From: Myxococcota bacterium
GTDB lineage: Bacteria > Myxococcota_A > UBA9160 > UBA4427
DNA: 64,000 nt
Direction of reading: 5' to 3'
Assembly (NCBI GenBank): GCA_965250285.1
Contig: OZ252299.1
Coordinates: 3,424,001-3,488,000 of the forward strand
The position numbers and the translations under genes were made by a program. Under the pieces are notes generated by a model that made no database searches, was not told where the DNA came from, and saw only the letters and a list, made by a program, of their open reading frames with translations. Of the stretch, positions 29,649 through 39,650 are shown piece by piece (position 1 is the stretch's first letter; each line of letters opens with the position of its first letter).

Positions 29649-30446
29649 ATGTCGAAGACGCCCCCTGAGCCCGTCCCCTCTGCCACGATCCTGCTGCTGC
29701 GCGAAGCCGACCCCGCGATGGAGGTCTTCATGGTGCAGCGCCACCACCAGATCGACTTCGCGACCGGGGCGCTGGTCTTCCCGGGCGGCAAGGCCGACCC
29801 CGCCGACGCCTCGAAGGGGCTGCGCGATCACTGCGACGGGGCCGACGACCTGGGTGACGTCGAGCTCTCGATTCGGGCCTGCGGCATTCGAGAGACCTTC
29901 GAAGAGGCGGGCGTCCTGCTCGCGCGGGCCGAGGGCGAGACCGAGCTCGTCGGCGGCGATCGCCTGCGCGGGCTCGAGGCGGGTTGGCGCGAGGCGCTGC
30001 ACTCGGGGGATCGCACGCTGCTCGAGTTCGTGCGCGACGAGCAGCTTCGCCTGGCGTGCGACGCGCTCGTGCATTTCGCCCACTGGATCACGCCGGTCTT
30101 CATGCCGAAGCGCTTCGACACGCACTTCTACCTGGCGAAGGCGCCCGCCGACCAGCTCGCGCTGCACGACGGCCACGAGTCGGTCGATTCGGTCTGGACG
30201 ACCGTCGACGACGCCGTCGATGCCGAGGCGAAGGGTGAACGCACGATCATCTTCCCGACGCTCGTGAACCTGAAGAAGCTCGGCCGCAATCACCGGGTCG
30301 ACGACGCCTTCGCGGCCGCCCGGGCGAAGCCGATCGTCACGGTGCTGCCCGAGGTGCACAAGAACGACGCCGGCGAGGCGATGCTCACGCTGCCGGCCGA
30401 GGCCGACTACGACATCGTCGAAGCACCGCTGGACGCGCTGCGATGA
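29649..30446 (+). CDS. NUDIX hydrolase (Nudt19-like)
   Basis: VFPGG, RETFEEAG, HWITP..KRFDTHFY, IFPT. Confidence 0.9.
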   Translation: MSKTPPEPVPSATILLLREADPAMEVFMVQRHHQIDFATGALVFPGGKADPADASKGLRDHCDGADDLGDVELSIRACGIRETFEEAGVLLARAEGETELVGGDRLRGLEAGWREALHSGDRTLLEFVRDEQLRLACDALVHFAHWITPVFMPKRFDTHFYLAKAPADQLALHDGHESVDSVWTTVDDAVDAEAKGERTIIFPTLVNLKKLGRNHRVDDAFAAARAKPIVTVLPEVHKNDAGEAMLTLPAEADYDIVEAPLDALR

Positions 30447-31216
30447 GCGCCGCCCTCGAAGACGCCGAGCTCGATGCCGCCCTCCACTCGGCTTGTGCGG
30501 CCAGCGACGCCGCCCGGGAAGAGATCCTCCCCCGATTTCGCGATGTCGCGGTCGAGTGGAAGCAGGACGGCTCGCCGGTCACCGAGGCCGACCGGGCGGC
30601 CGAACGCACGATCCGCCGGATTCTGCAGGCGGCACACCCGGGCTTCGGGCTGCTCGGCGAGGAGTACGGCGGCGACGACGCCAAGGCCGACGCGCCCAAT
30701 TGGATCATCGATCCGATCGACGGCACGATCAGCTTCGCGCGCGGCATTCCGCTCTTCGGTACGTTGATCGCGCTCGTCGAAGACGGCCGATCGACCGTGG
30801 GTTTGATCGACCTCCCGGCCCTCGGCGAACGCTTCGCCGGTCGCCAGGGCGGCGGCACCACCCGGAACGGACAGACCGTGCGCTGCTCGGAGCAGACCGA
30901 CCTCTCGCGCTCGATCGTGTCGCTGGGCGATCCGATCTGCTTCGAGTGGGCCGGAACGCGCGAGATCTACGAGCGCATCGGTCGCGAGGCGCCCCTGGTG
31001 CGCGGCTACACCGACGCGTTCGGCCACGCGCAGGTGCTCGCGGGCGGCGTCGACCTGATGGTCGACTGCGATCTGAACCCGTGGGACGCAGCAGCGACCG
31101 AAGTGCTCGTCGCCGAAGCCGGCGGTCGGTGCTTCCGCCGCGACCGGGAGAAGGGCAAGATCGACTTGATCTTCGGCGCGCCCGCGCTCGTCGAGCAGGT
31201 CGCCGCCTGGCTCTGA
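30443..31216 (+). CDS. Inositol monophosphatase family (HisN-like histidinol-phosphate phosphatase)
   Basis: KQDGSPVTEAD, GEE, WIIDPIDGT, WDAAA; ATGA overlap with the upstream gene. Confidence 0.9.
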   Translation: MSAALEDAELDAALHSACAASDAAREEILPRFRDVAVEWKQDGSPVTEADRAAERTIRRILQAAHPGFGLLGEEYGGDDAKADAPNWIIDPIDGTISFARGIPLFGTLIALVEDGRSTVGLIDLPALGERFAGRQGGGTTRNGQTVRCSEQTDLSRSIVSLGDPICFEWAGTREIYERIGREAPLVRGYTDAFGHAQVLAGGVDLMVDCDLNPWDAAATEVLVAEAGGRCFRRDREKGKIDLIFGAPALVEQVAAWL

Positions 31217-31467
31217 CGGCCGAGCCAGGGCGCTGACTCCAGGTCCCCTTCGACGGCCGCAGCAGATCTGTACACCCGCGAATTCGCAGGCGAATCGGGG
31301 ATCGCGACGCTAGACTCGGTACCTCGGCGCGCCCCCCGTTCACCAGGCCCGACGCGACCTCGGCCTCGCCAAGGACGCCACCGCAGCCCGGTCCGAAACA
31401 CAGCGACGAACCATTCGCCGAGCGCGCGACCCGAGGGTCCGCCGCCCGCCTCACTCAGGAAGACGAC

Positions 31468-33117
31468 ATGTCCGATCACCCCTCCCTCCAAGACGCCCAG
31501 ACCCTGGTCGCCGCCGCCACCACGCTGCTCGAGGATTCGCTCGCCGCCGCGAAGAAGCTGACCGACGGCGGCAAGAAGATCGACTCGCACCAGGTCGCGA
31601 CCGAGCGGGTCGCGTACGCCGCCACCGAGGTGGCCGCCGCGCACGAGGTGATCGCCCAGTACCAGGAGGTGGTGAACGAGGGCCGCGGCACGCCCCACTT
31701 CGAGCGCGTGGCCGTCGCCGGCGTCGGCGAGCTGGTCTGGAGCCTGCGCGATCGCCTGTCGGCCATCGCCGACGATCTCGTGATCGGCGACGCCGCGGTC
31801 GAGAAGGCGTTCCCGGCCGAGGTGCGCGACCTGCTGCGTCGCGCGACGAGCGAAGCCCTGATGCGCGAGATCGGCGTGACGGTGCTCGAGCAGCGCGGCG
31901 TGAACGACACGCCGCTCGATGAGATGCACGAACAGGTGCGCGCCCAGGTTCGCGAGTACGCGCTCAACGAGGTGAGCCCGCACGCCGAGCACATTCATCG
32001 GACCGACGACCTCGTCCCCGAGTCGTTCATCAGCGGCATGGCCGAGCTCGGGTTCTTCGGCCTCTCGATCCCCGAGGAATACGGCGGCGTCGAGATGGGC
32101 AACCTCGCGATGATCCTCACCACCGAAGAGCTCTCACGGGCGTCGCTCGCCGCAGCCGGCTCGCTGATCACGCGCCCCGAGATCCTCACGAAGGCGCTCA
32201 TGGGTGGCGGAACCGAGGAGCAGAAGCAGCACTGGCTGCCGAAGCTCGCCTCGGGCGAAGTCATGGCGGCCGTGTCGGTGACCGAGCCCGACATCGGCAG
32301 CGACGTGGCGGGCGTGAAGTGCCGCGCCGAGCGCGCGACCGTCGACGGACAGGAAGGCTGGGTCATCAATGGCCCGAAGGCCTGGTGCACGTTCGCGGGC
32401 CGCGCCAACGTGCTCGCCCTGCTCGCACGCACCGACCCCGACTTGAGCAAGGGCGCCAAGGGCCTGTCGCTCTTCATCGTCCCGAAGGAGTCGTTCACCG
32501 GCCATGCGTTCCAGTGCGAGTCGCCTGGCGGCGGCAAGATGGAAGGCAAGGCCGATGCGACGCCCGGCTACCGCGGCATGCACTCGTTCACGCTGCAGCT
32601 CGAGAACTACTTCGTCCCGGCCGAGAATCTGGTAGGCGGCGACGGCGGCGAGGGGCGCGGCTTCTACCTGCAGATGGCGGGCTTCGCGGCGGGTCGGCTG
32701 CAGACCGGCGGACGCGGCTGCGGCCTGGCTCAGGCGGCCATCGAAGAGACGGCCAAGTACTGCGTCGACCGCAACCAGTTCGCGCAGCCCATCAGCGAGT
32801 TCCAGCTCACCCAGTACACGCTGGGGCGCATGGTCGCCAAGACCGCAGGCGCCCGAGCCATCACCTACGCGGCCGCCCGGGCCTTCGACGAGGACGAGCG
32901 CGCCGCAGCGCCGCTGGCCGCCCAGGCCAAGCTGCTCGCCTGCGACGTGGCGGTCGACGTCACCCAGCAGGGTCAGCTGATGCACGGTGGCTGGGGCTAC
33001 GCCGAGGAGTACCCGATCAGCCGCTACGTGGTCGACGCGACGGTGCTGCCGATCTTCGAGGGCGTGAAGCCGGTGCTCGAGCTCAAGGTGATCGGGCGGG
33101 CGCTGCTCGCGGCGTAG
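31468..33117 (+). CDS. Acyl-CoA dehydrogenase with N-terminal extension, methylsuccinyl-CoA dehydrogenase-like
   Basis: IPEEYGG, TEPDIGSDV, GYRGM, RLQT, HGGWGYAEEYPISR, IFEG; 549 aa. Confidence 0.9.
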   Translation: MSDHPSLQDAQTLVAAATTLLEDSLAAAKKLTDGGKKIDSHQVATERVAYAATEVAAAHEVIAQYQEVVNEGRGTPHFERVAVAGVGELVWSLRDRLSAIADDLVIGDAAVEKAFPAEVRDLLRRATSEALMREIGVTVLEQRGVNDTPLDEMHEQVRAQVREYALNEVSPHAEHIHRTDDLVPESFISGMAELGFFGLSIPEEYGGVEMGNLAMILTTEELSRASLAAAGSLITRPEILTKALMGGGTEEQKQHWLPKLASGEVMAAVSVTEPDIGSDVAGVKCRAERATVDGQEGWVINGPKAWCTFAGRANVLALLARTDPDLSKGAKGLSLFIVPKESFTGHAFQCESPGGGKMEGKADATPGYRGMHSFTLQLENYFVPAENLVGGDGGEGRGFYLQMAGFAAGRLQTGGRGCGLAQAAIEETAKYCVDRNQFAQPISEFQLTQYTLGRMVAKTAGARAITYAAARAFDEDERAAAPLAAQAKLLACDVAVDVTQQGQLMHGGWGYAEEYPISRYVVDATVLPIFEGVKPVLELKVIGRALLAA

Positions 33118-33118
33118 G

Positions 33119-33359
33119 GTTTCGGGACAGGGCGGGAGGGGGTGCCGGGGTCGGAGGACGTGTTCCGACTTCGAATCCCTCCTTTGTGGGCTTCGCGGTC
33201 GGTGGCCGCTCTTGCTCGTCCCTGATCGCTTGCGCATCCAACAGACCTGCGCGGCCCGCGGTGGGCTCACTTCGGGGCCAGCGGCGGCGTGCGGGGCGGC
33301 GGCGGTCGCTTCGCTGGAACACGTCCCCCGACCTCGCGGCTGCCTCTCGATCCCGAGAC
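33119..33359. repeat. Long inverted-repeat element (MITE/REP-like)
   Basis: 33147-33166 pairs with 33316-33335 (18/20); outer stem GTTTCGGGA/TCCCGAGAC. Confidence 0.65.
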
Positions 33360-33410
33360 AGAGACGGGCGCGAACAGATGTCCTGCTGGGGCGGCGGGCG
33401 GCGGTGCCTC

Positions 33411-34712
33411 TCAGCTCGAGTAGAAGGCGGTCAGGACGTCGATCATCGGTGCGACGTCCTCGGTGCCGGCCATCTCGCGGCAGCTGTGCATGCTGAGCAT
33501 CGGGTTGCCGACGTCGACCGTGCGCACGCCGACCCGCGCGGCACTGATCGGGCCGATCGTCGAGCCACACCCGAGGTCGCTTCGCGTCACGAAGTGCTGG
33601 GGCTCGACGCCGACGCCCCGGCAGAGTGCGGCAAACTCGCCGGCGGTCTCCGCATCCGAGGCGTAGGACTGGTTGGCGTTCACCTTGATGACCGGGCCCC
33701 GGCCGATCATGGGTCGGTGGGCGGGCTCGTGGCGATCGGCGTAGTTCGGGTGGACGGCGTGCGCCATGTCGGCCGACACCAGGCGGGATTGCGAGACGGC
33801 TCGGGCGAGGCCCTGCGCCTCGCCCCCCTTGTACGCCTGCACGCAGCGTTCGAGCACGTCGGGGAGCAGACTGCCGGCGGCGCCCTGGGCGCTCCGACTG
33901 CCGACCTCTTCATGGTCGTACAGCACGAGCATCCGGGTCGCGGCGCTCTCGCCCCGAGCCGACGCTGCCAGCAGCGCCGTCAGCCCAGCATGGCTCGACG
34001 CGAGATTGTCGAGGCGCGGCGCGTTGATGAACTCGCCACGCGCGCCGAGCAGACCCGAGGGCTGCGTGTCGTACGCCATCAGATCGAACGAGAGCACGGC
34101 GGGCGGCCGAACGTCCGCGAGCTCGCGCGCACGCAGCTCGGTCGCCAGCAGCTCGCGCACGCCCGGGCCCCCTTCGAGGCCCATGATCGGCACCATGTGC
34201 TGCTGAGCGTTCAGCTTGAGCCCGTCGGTGCGTAGCTCCCGGTAGAGGTGAATCGCGAGGTTCGGCACGCGCAGCAGCGGCCGGCCGAAGTCGATGAGAT
34301 GCGTCTCGACCCCGCTCGACCCCTCGACGGTCACGCGCCCGGCGAGCGAGAGGTCGCGGTCGAGCCAGGTATGCAGCAGGACGCCACCGTACGGCTCGAC
34401 GGCGAGCTGGCGATAGCCCTGGGCATCGCGATCGGCGATGGGCTTGAGTCGCAGATTCGGCGAGTCGGTGTGCGCGCCGATGATGCGGAAGCCCGCCGCG
34501 CTCGGCGCCGCGCGTCCGACCTCGAAGGCCACGATGCTGCCGCCGGCCCGCACGACGTAGTGCTTCGCGCCGGGCTCGTGGGCCCAGAGATCCGCCTCGT
34601 CGATGGCGGTGAAGCCCGCGGCTTCGAGTCGGGCGGCGGTCTCGGCGACGGCGTGATAGGGCGTCGGGGAGCGGTCGATGTAGGTGAGCAGATCGGCGAC
34701 GGGTTCGGCCAT
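33411..34712 (-). CDS. M18 family (aspartyl) aminopeptidase
   Basis: SPTPYHA, GAHTDSP, YGG..WLDRDL, RLDNL, DHEEVGS, SADMAHAVHPNY, CGSTIGP, LSMHS. Confidence 0.95.
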   Translation of the reverse strand: MAEPVADLLTYIDRSPTPYHAVAETAARLEAAGFTAIDEADLWAHEPGAKHYVVRAGGSIVAFEVGRAAPSAAGFRIIGAHTDSPNLRLKPIADRDAQGYRQLAVEPYGGVLLHTWLDRDLSLAGRVTVEGSSGVETHLIDFGRPLLRVPNLAIHLYRELRTDGLKLNAQQHMVPIMGLEGGPGVRELLATELRARELADVRPPAVLSFDLMAYDTQPSGLLGARGEFINAPRLDNLASSHAGLTALLAASARGESAATRMLVLYDHEEVGSRSAQGAAGSLLPDVLERCVQAYKGGEAQGLARAVSQSRLVSADMAHAVHPNYADRHEPAHRPMIGRGPVIKVNANQSYASDAETAGEFAALCRGVGVEPQHFVTRSDLGCGSTIGPISAARVGVRTVDVGNPMLSMHSCREMAGTEDVAPMIDVLTAFYSS

Positions 34713-34849
34713 GGCGGAACCATAGCGGCGAAGCGACTCGAAGGGCGGCCCGCCCGGATTCGAAACAGCGCGCGGTGCCTTCCCGCGCACCCGGGCGCAG
34801 TGCTGAATGCGGGCCTGCCGCGTGCAACCGTGCAGCACCGAATGCGCGT

Positions 34850-35632
34850 CTACTGCGCGCGCCCGCGCTCCATCACCTTCTGTCTCACCTCGCGGATGCC
34901 CTCGGCGGTCACACCCGCGGCGCGGTTCGCGTCGCGCTCGATCTCGCGTCCCCGGCCGAAGGTCTCGGCGAAACCCTGATCGATCACACCCTTGTACGCC
35001 CGCACCATGTGCGATTGGCATGAGAGCATGTCGGCGGCCAGGCTGCGGCACGTGTCGAGCAGCGCCTCCGGCTCGACCACGCGGTTGAGCAAACCCCATC
35101 GCTCGGCCGTTTCGGCATCGAGGAAGTTGCCCGTGAGCGAGAGCTCCTTGGCGCGGTAGATGCCCACGAGCCGCGAGAGCTTCTGCGACAGCCCCCAACC
35201 CGGCATGATGCCGACCCGCGCGTGTGTGTCGGCGAAGCGGGCCCGGGTCGAACCGATCAGGACGTCGCAGGCCAGGGCGACCTCGAAGCCTCCGGTGATC
35301 GCCACGCCGTTGATCGCTCCGATGATCGGCTTCGAGCAGTCCTCCATTGCGCGAATCAGATCGTTGCCCGAAGTGACCGCCGCGGCCGAGTCGGTGGCGC
35401 CGGCCGGGGCTTCGCCCGAGAGCTCCTTCAGGTCGAGGCCGGCCGTGAAGGCGCGCTCCCCGGCGCCGGTCAGGATCACGACGCCGATCTCGTCGTCCGC
35501 GTCTGCGTCGAGAAAGGCCCGGGTCAACCGTGCCCGCACCTCGTTCGAGAGCGCGTTCATGGCCTTCGGACGGTTCAACGTGACGAGGGCGATGCCCTCC
35601 TTCTTCTCGATCAGCACGACGGGTTCGGGCAC
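34850..35632 (-). CDS. Enoyl-CoA hydratase/isomerase family protein
   Basis: TLNRPKAMNAL, AFTAGLDLKE, AINGVAITGGFE, FADTHARVGIMPGWG. Confidence 0.93.
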   Translation of the reverse strand: MPEPVVLIEKKEGIALVTLNRPKAMNALSNEVRARLTRAFLDADADDEIGVVILTGAGERAFTAGLDLKELSGEAPAGATDSAAAVTSGNDLIRAMEDCSKPIIGAINGVAITGGFEVALACDVLIGSTRARFADTHARVGIMPGWGLSQKLSRLVGIYRAKELSLTGNFLDAETAERWGLLNRVVEPEALLDTCRSLAADMLSCQSHMVRAYKGVIDQGFAETFGRGREIERDANRAAGVTAEGIREVRQKVMERGRAQ

Positions 35633-35734
35633 GACGGGGCTCCTCGACGATTCGGGCGCGGGAGTGCGCGGATCGAGGAGTATGGCGCACGGGGTGCGCG
35701 GGCAAGCCGGCGGGTGCTGGCTGCTTGGCCGGTG

Positions 35735-36247
35735 CTAGAAGGTGACTTCGAGCGTCGCGAAGGAGCGGCGGCGTCCGGGTGCGCGCACCTTGACGACCAC
35801 GTCGTTCTCGGCGACGCGCATCGGCTGCTCCACCACCAGCGGCCCGAGCTTCGGGCGCTCGAGCATCACGATGGGCTGCGCCGCCGGGCGCTCCGGACCG
35901 AGCTCTTCGTCGCCGTACAGCGTCCGGTCGACCGAGGAGAGCGCGCGCGGGATCGTGTCGAAGCGCGTGTCGTCGAGCGCGCTGACGGGCGCCGGCCGCG
36001 TGACGGTCGCGGCCGCATAGGCCGATTGCAGCGCGGCGAACTCGGCGACCATCGCCGACGTCGCAGTGACGCCGTGGGCCGAGGTCACCGCGATGGCCGC
36101 GGTATCGGCCTCGCTGGCCTGAACCGCGCCAGCGAGCGAGCAGATCCACGCCGTCACGCCCGCCAGCACGAGCGCACGGATCTCGATCCGTCCGTCCGAC
36201 CGGCTCATCGCGCGCTCGACCGCGCTCTGGTGACTGCGACCCCGCAT
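35735..36247 (-). CDS. Hypothetical exported protein
   Basis: Signal-peptide-like segment (ALVLAGVTAWICSLAGAVQA), ends ..FATLEVTF; preceded by a sigma54-like motif. Start uncertain. Confidence 0.5.
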   Translation of the reverse strand: MRGRSHQSAVERAMSRSDGRIEIRALVLAGVTAWICSLAGAVQASEADTAAIAVTSAHGVTATSAMVAEFAALQSAYAAATVTRPAPVSALDDTRFDTIPRALSSVDRTLYGDEELGPERPAAQPIVMLERPKLGPLVVEQPMRVAENDVVVKVRAPGRRRSFATLEVTF

Positions 36248-36378
36248 CGGCTCGCCTCCGAATCCCTCGAGCTCGTGGCTCACCCGTTGAGGGCGGTCTC
36301 GATCTCGCGGGTTCCGCAGATCCTCCTCCGATCGCTGGGCGAGCGGGGGAGGCTCGACGCCCCTCGCGACGAGAAGAT

Positions 36379-36394
36379 TGCAAGGCGTGTGCCG
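36379..36394 (-). promoter_or_regulatory. Sigma54 (-24/-12) promoter
   Basis: Minus strand CGGCACA-CGCC-TTGCA with correct spacing; palindrome GTGCA-N10-TGCAC further upstream at 36467-36486. Confidence 0.6.
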
Positions 36395-36600
36395 TTGCCG
36401 CTCGCCGAAGGGATGCGACTCAGACTACTGCCATGGGCCCGTGGGGCCGTGCGGGGCATCACACGTGTGCAACTTGGGTAGTGCACTACCGATGGGTGCC
36501 GATCGACCACCGCCGCCCGTCACGGACTCGACACCCCGAGGTGCCTGCCCCCCACCCGGGGCTGCCGCTGGGGCGCTCCCCAGCCGAGCGCGTCCCCCGC

Positions 36601-37170
36601 TCAGCGCGAAGCGAGCACCGTCGGCACCTTGCGCGCCATGCGCAGCAGGCTCTCTTCATCGGTCATCGCCGCGAAGCGCTCTGGGCTGAACCACTGCAGA
36701 TCGATCGACTCTTCGCTCGTGACGAGGGGTTGATCGGGATGGGCCCGCAGCAGGAACCGAACGTCGTGGTGCTCGTGCGCCGGCTCGTCGCCGCGCGCCG
36801 GGATCAGGTGCACGTCGACGTCGAGGGGAATCGGCACGCCGCCTTCGTCGAGGGAGAGCACGTCGAACTGCGCCATCCCCGACTCTTCCTGCGCCTCGCG
36901 CAGCGCGACCGCGAGCGGGTCGGGGTCGCCGTCGGCGTGTCCGCCGAGCTGCAGCCAGCGCTCGAGCTTGCGGTGATGCGTGAGCAGGCAGGCCTGCTCG
37001 TCAGGCGAGAGGATCCAAGCCGAGGCGGTCACGTGCCCCGGCAGGCAAGTGCGTTCGAAGCAGTCGGCGTGTCCCTCGACGAGAGCGCGAATGCGACCCA
37101 CGCACGCGTGCTCGTCGGGATGACGAACGAGATAGCGGTCGAGCATCTCGAGGAGCGGGCGGCGATGCAC
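36601..37170 (-). CDS. NUDIX hydrolase
   Basis: GHVTASAW, HRKLERWLQLGGHAD, ALREAQEESG, HHDVRF. Confidence 0.92.
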   Translation of the reverse strand: MHRRPLLEMLDRYLVRHPDEHACVGRIRALVEGHADCFERTCLPGHVTASAWILSPDEQACLLTHHRKLERWLQLGGHADGDPDPLAVALREAQEESGMAQFDVLSLDEGGVPIPLDVDVHLIPARGDEPAHEHHDVRFLLRAHPDQPLVTSEESIDLQWFSPERFAAMTDEESLLRMARKVPTVLASR

Positions 37171-37177
37171 CGTTTCG

Positions 37178-38551
37178 TCAGTCCGGCGCGCCGACGGGCT
37201 CGCGCATCGTCACGAACTCTTCGGCCGCCGTCGGATGGATGCCGATCGTCGCGTCGAACTGCGCCTTCGTCGCGCCCGCCTTGATCGCCACCGCGAAGCC
37301 TTGAACGATCTCGCCGGCATCGGGCCCGACCATGTGCAGCCCGACCACGCGATCGGTCTTGCGATCGACGATCAGCTTCATGAGCGTGCGCTCCTCGCCC
37401 CCTGTGAGCGTGTGTTTGAGCGCGCGGAACTCACTGCGATAGATGTCGACCTTGTCGCACATCACATCGGCCTGCTCTTCGGTGAGGCCCACGCACGCCA
37501 CCGGCGGCTGACTGAAGACGGCGTGGGGCACCTCGTGATGATCCGGCTTCGTCGGGCCCGAGTCGGCGGCGAAGAGCAGTCGGGAGACGCACGCGCCTTC
37601 GTGGATCGCCACGGGCGTCAGGTTGATGCGGTTCGTGACGTCACCCACGGCGAAGATGTTCGGGACGCTCGTACGAGACTCGTCGTCGACCACGATCGCG
37701 CCGTCTCGGTCGAGCTCGACGCCGACCTGCTCGAGGCCCAGATCCTTCGACAGCGGATGGCGTCCCGTGGCGCACAGCAGCTGGTCGGCCTCGACGACGC
37801 TGCCGTCGTCGAGACGGGCGCGGATCCCAGTGTCGGTCTTCTCGATCCGCGTCGGCACGGCGTCGAAGCGAAGATCGATGCCCTTCGAGCGCATCTCGTG
37901 CGCGAGATGGGCGCGGACGTCGGCGTCGAACCCGCGCAAGAACAGCGGCCCTCGGTAGAGCTGCACCACCTCGCAGCCGAGATTGTGGAGAACGCAGGCG
38001 AACTCGACGGCGATGTAGCCGCCGCCGACGATGACGATCCGCCGCGGCATCTCATCGAGATGGAACATCTCGTTCGAGCTGATCGCGTGCTCGACCCCTT
38101 CGATGCGCCTCGGGAGGGTCGGCCACCCGCCGACGGCGACGAGGATCGACTCGGTCGTGTAGTGCCGATCCCCGACGGCCACGGTGTGCGCATCGACGAT
38201 GCGGGCGCGGCCCTGGATCAGCTCGCAACCCGCCCCTTCGAGCAGCTGGCCATAGATGCCGTTCAGGCGAGCGATCTCACGATCCTTGTTCGCGATCAGC
38301 GTCTTCCAGTCGAAGCTCGGCTCGTCGACCGTCCAGCCATAACCGGCCCGCGCGTCGTGCAGCTCCTCTCGAAAGTGAGAGGCGTAGACGAGCAGCTTCT
38401 TGGGAATGCAGCCGACGTTCACGCACGTGCCGCCGAGGTCGCGTTCTTCGGCGACGGCGACCCGCGCGCCGAAGCCCGCCGAGAAGCGAGCAGCGCGCAC
38501 GCCCCCCGAGCCGGCGCCGATGACGAAGAGGTCGTAGTCGTAAGAGGACAT
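37178..38551 (-). CDS. gor: Glutathione-disulfide reductase
   Basis: GAGSGG, GGTCVNVGCIPKK, GGGYIAVEFA, NLTPVA, IHPTAAEEFVTMR. Confidence 0.95.
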   Translation of the reverse strand: MSSYDYDLFVIGAGSGGVRAARFSAGFGARVAVAEERDLGGTCVNVGCIPKKLLVYASHFREELHDARAGYGWTVDEPSFDWKTLIANKDREIARLNGIYGQLLEGAGCELIQGRARIVDAHTVAVGDRHYTTESILVAVGGWPTLPRRIEGVEHAISSNEMFHLDEMPRRIVIVGGGYIAVEFACVLHNLGCEVVQLYRGPLFLRGFDADVRAHLAHEMRSKGIDLRFDAVPTRIEKTDTGIRARLDDGSVVEADQLLCATGRHPLSKDLGLEQVGVELDRDGAIVVDDESRTSVPNIFAVGDVTNRINLTPVAIHEGACVSRLLFAADSGPTKPDHHEVPHAVFSQPPVACVGLTEEQADVMCDKVDIYRSEFRALKHTLTGGEERTLMKLIVDRKTDRVVGLHMVGPDAGEIVQGFAVAIKAGATKAQFDATIGIHPTAAEEFVTMREPVGAPD

Positions 38552-38651
38552 GAGGGTCGGGTGCGCTCCAGGGGTTCGTGAGATCGGGGGCGCCAGGATA
38601 GCCCTGGTCGGTCGCGGCCGACGTGGCCTGCCCGTTATCTTCCGGGCTTCG

Positions 38652-39608
38652 ATGCCGACCTCGACCGAACGAAACACGGACGCCGCCGACCCGGCGGGCC
38701 CCGCCGCTGCAAGCGAGCGCGTGCCTGCGCTCGTCGTCTCGGGCTTCCTCGGCTCGGGCAAGACGACGCTGGTGCGGCAGCTCCTCGATCAGGCTCAGGC
38801 CGAGGGTCGCCGTGTGGCTTTCGTCTCGAACGAGCTCGGCGAGCTCGGCGTCGACCGCGCGCTGCTCGGCAGCGGCGGCGAGGCCTACGTCGAGCTCGAG
38901 GGTGGATGCGTCTGCTGCGAGCTCTCCGACGACCTCGTGAACACGCTGCAGATGCTCTACGAAGAGGTGCGCCCCGACCGCATCGTCGTCGAGACCAGCG
39001 GAGTCGCCCTGCCCTGGGACACGCAGCTCAACTTCTGGCGCGATCCGGTGCGCGACTGGGTCGGCGACGACATGGCGGTCGTCGTCGTGAACGCCGAGCA
39101 GGTGGCCGAAGGCCGCGATCTCGAGGGCACGTTCGAAGACCAGGTGTCGAGCGCCGATCTGCTCGTCCTGCACAAGGTCGATCTCGTGAGCGAAGCCCAG
39201 CTCGAAGCGGTCCGCGCGCACCTCCGGTCGATCGAAGACGAGGCACCGATCGTCGAGGCGGTCCACGGCGATGTCGACCCCGAGCTGCTCTTTCCACCGA
39301 GCGCGACCGAGGTCGATCGCCGCGGTGACGCGCCCGCGTCGCGACCGCACCACCACGAGCAGTTCGAGACCGAGCTCTGGGAGCCGGGCGATGCGCTGTC
39401 GCTCGACGCCATCGAAGCCCGGCTCGAGGCCGAGCCCGAGCTGCTGAGGGCCAAGGGGTTCGTCCGCCGCGACGGCGCGGTGTACGTCGTGCAGGTGGTC
39501 GGGCGCCGGGTCGAGATCACGCCGCTCGAGGGCGAGTTGCCCGAAGATGCGCCCGGGCGAATCGTGCTGATTCGACGCAGCGACGCCCCCCCGGTGGCGC
39601 ACGGCTGA
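38652..39608 (+). CDS. CobW/COG0523 metallochaperone GTPase
   Basis: SGFLGSGKTT, NELGE, GCVCC, VETSG, short His run, LLRAKG. Confidence 0.92.
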   Translation: MPTSTERNTDAADPAGPAAASERVPALVVSGFLGSGKTTLVRQLLDQAQAEGRRVAFVSNELGELGVDRALLGSGGEAYVELEGGCVCCELSDDLVNTLQMLYEEVRPDRIVVETSGVALPWDTQLNFWRDPVRDWVGDDMAVVVVNAEQVAEGRDLEGTFEDQVSSADLLVLHKVDLVSEAQLEAVRAHLRSIEDEAPIVEAVHGDVDPELLFPPSATEVDRRGDAPASRPHHHEQFETELWEPGDALSLDAIEARLEAEPELLRAKGFVRRDGAVYVVQVVGRRVEITPLEGELPEDAPGRIVLIRRSDAPPVAHG

Positions 39609-39650
39609 TCCACCACTGCGGCGGCGACGTGGTGGCGCTCGGCGGCCGAG

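Noticed and set aside
33165..33183. tRNA-like TTCGAATCCC motif
   Set aside because: No cloverleaf, acceptor stem or anticodon arm around it.
33411..36383. 990-aa apparent fusion ORF
   Set aside because: Only the last 433 aa are the M18 peptidase; the rest is an Arg-rich alternative frame overlapping the enoyl-CoA hydratase and the hypothetical gene.
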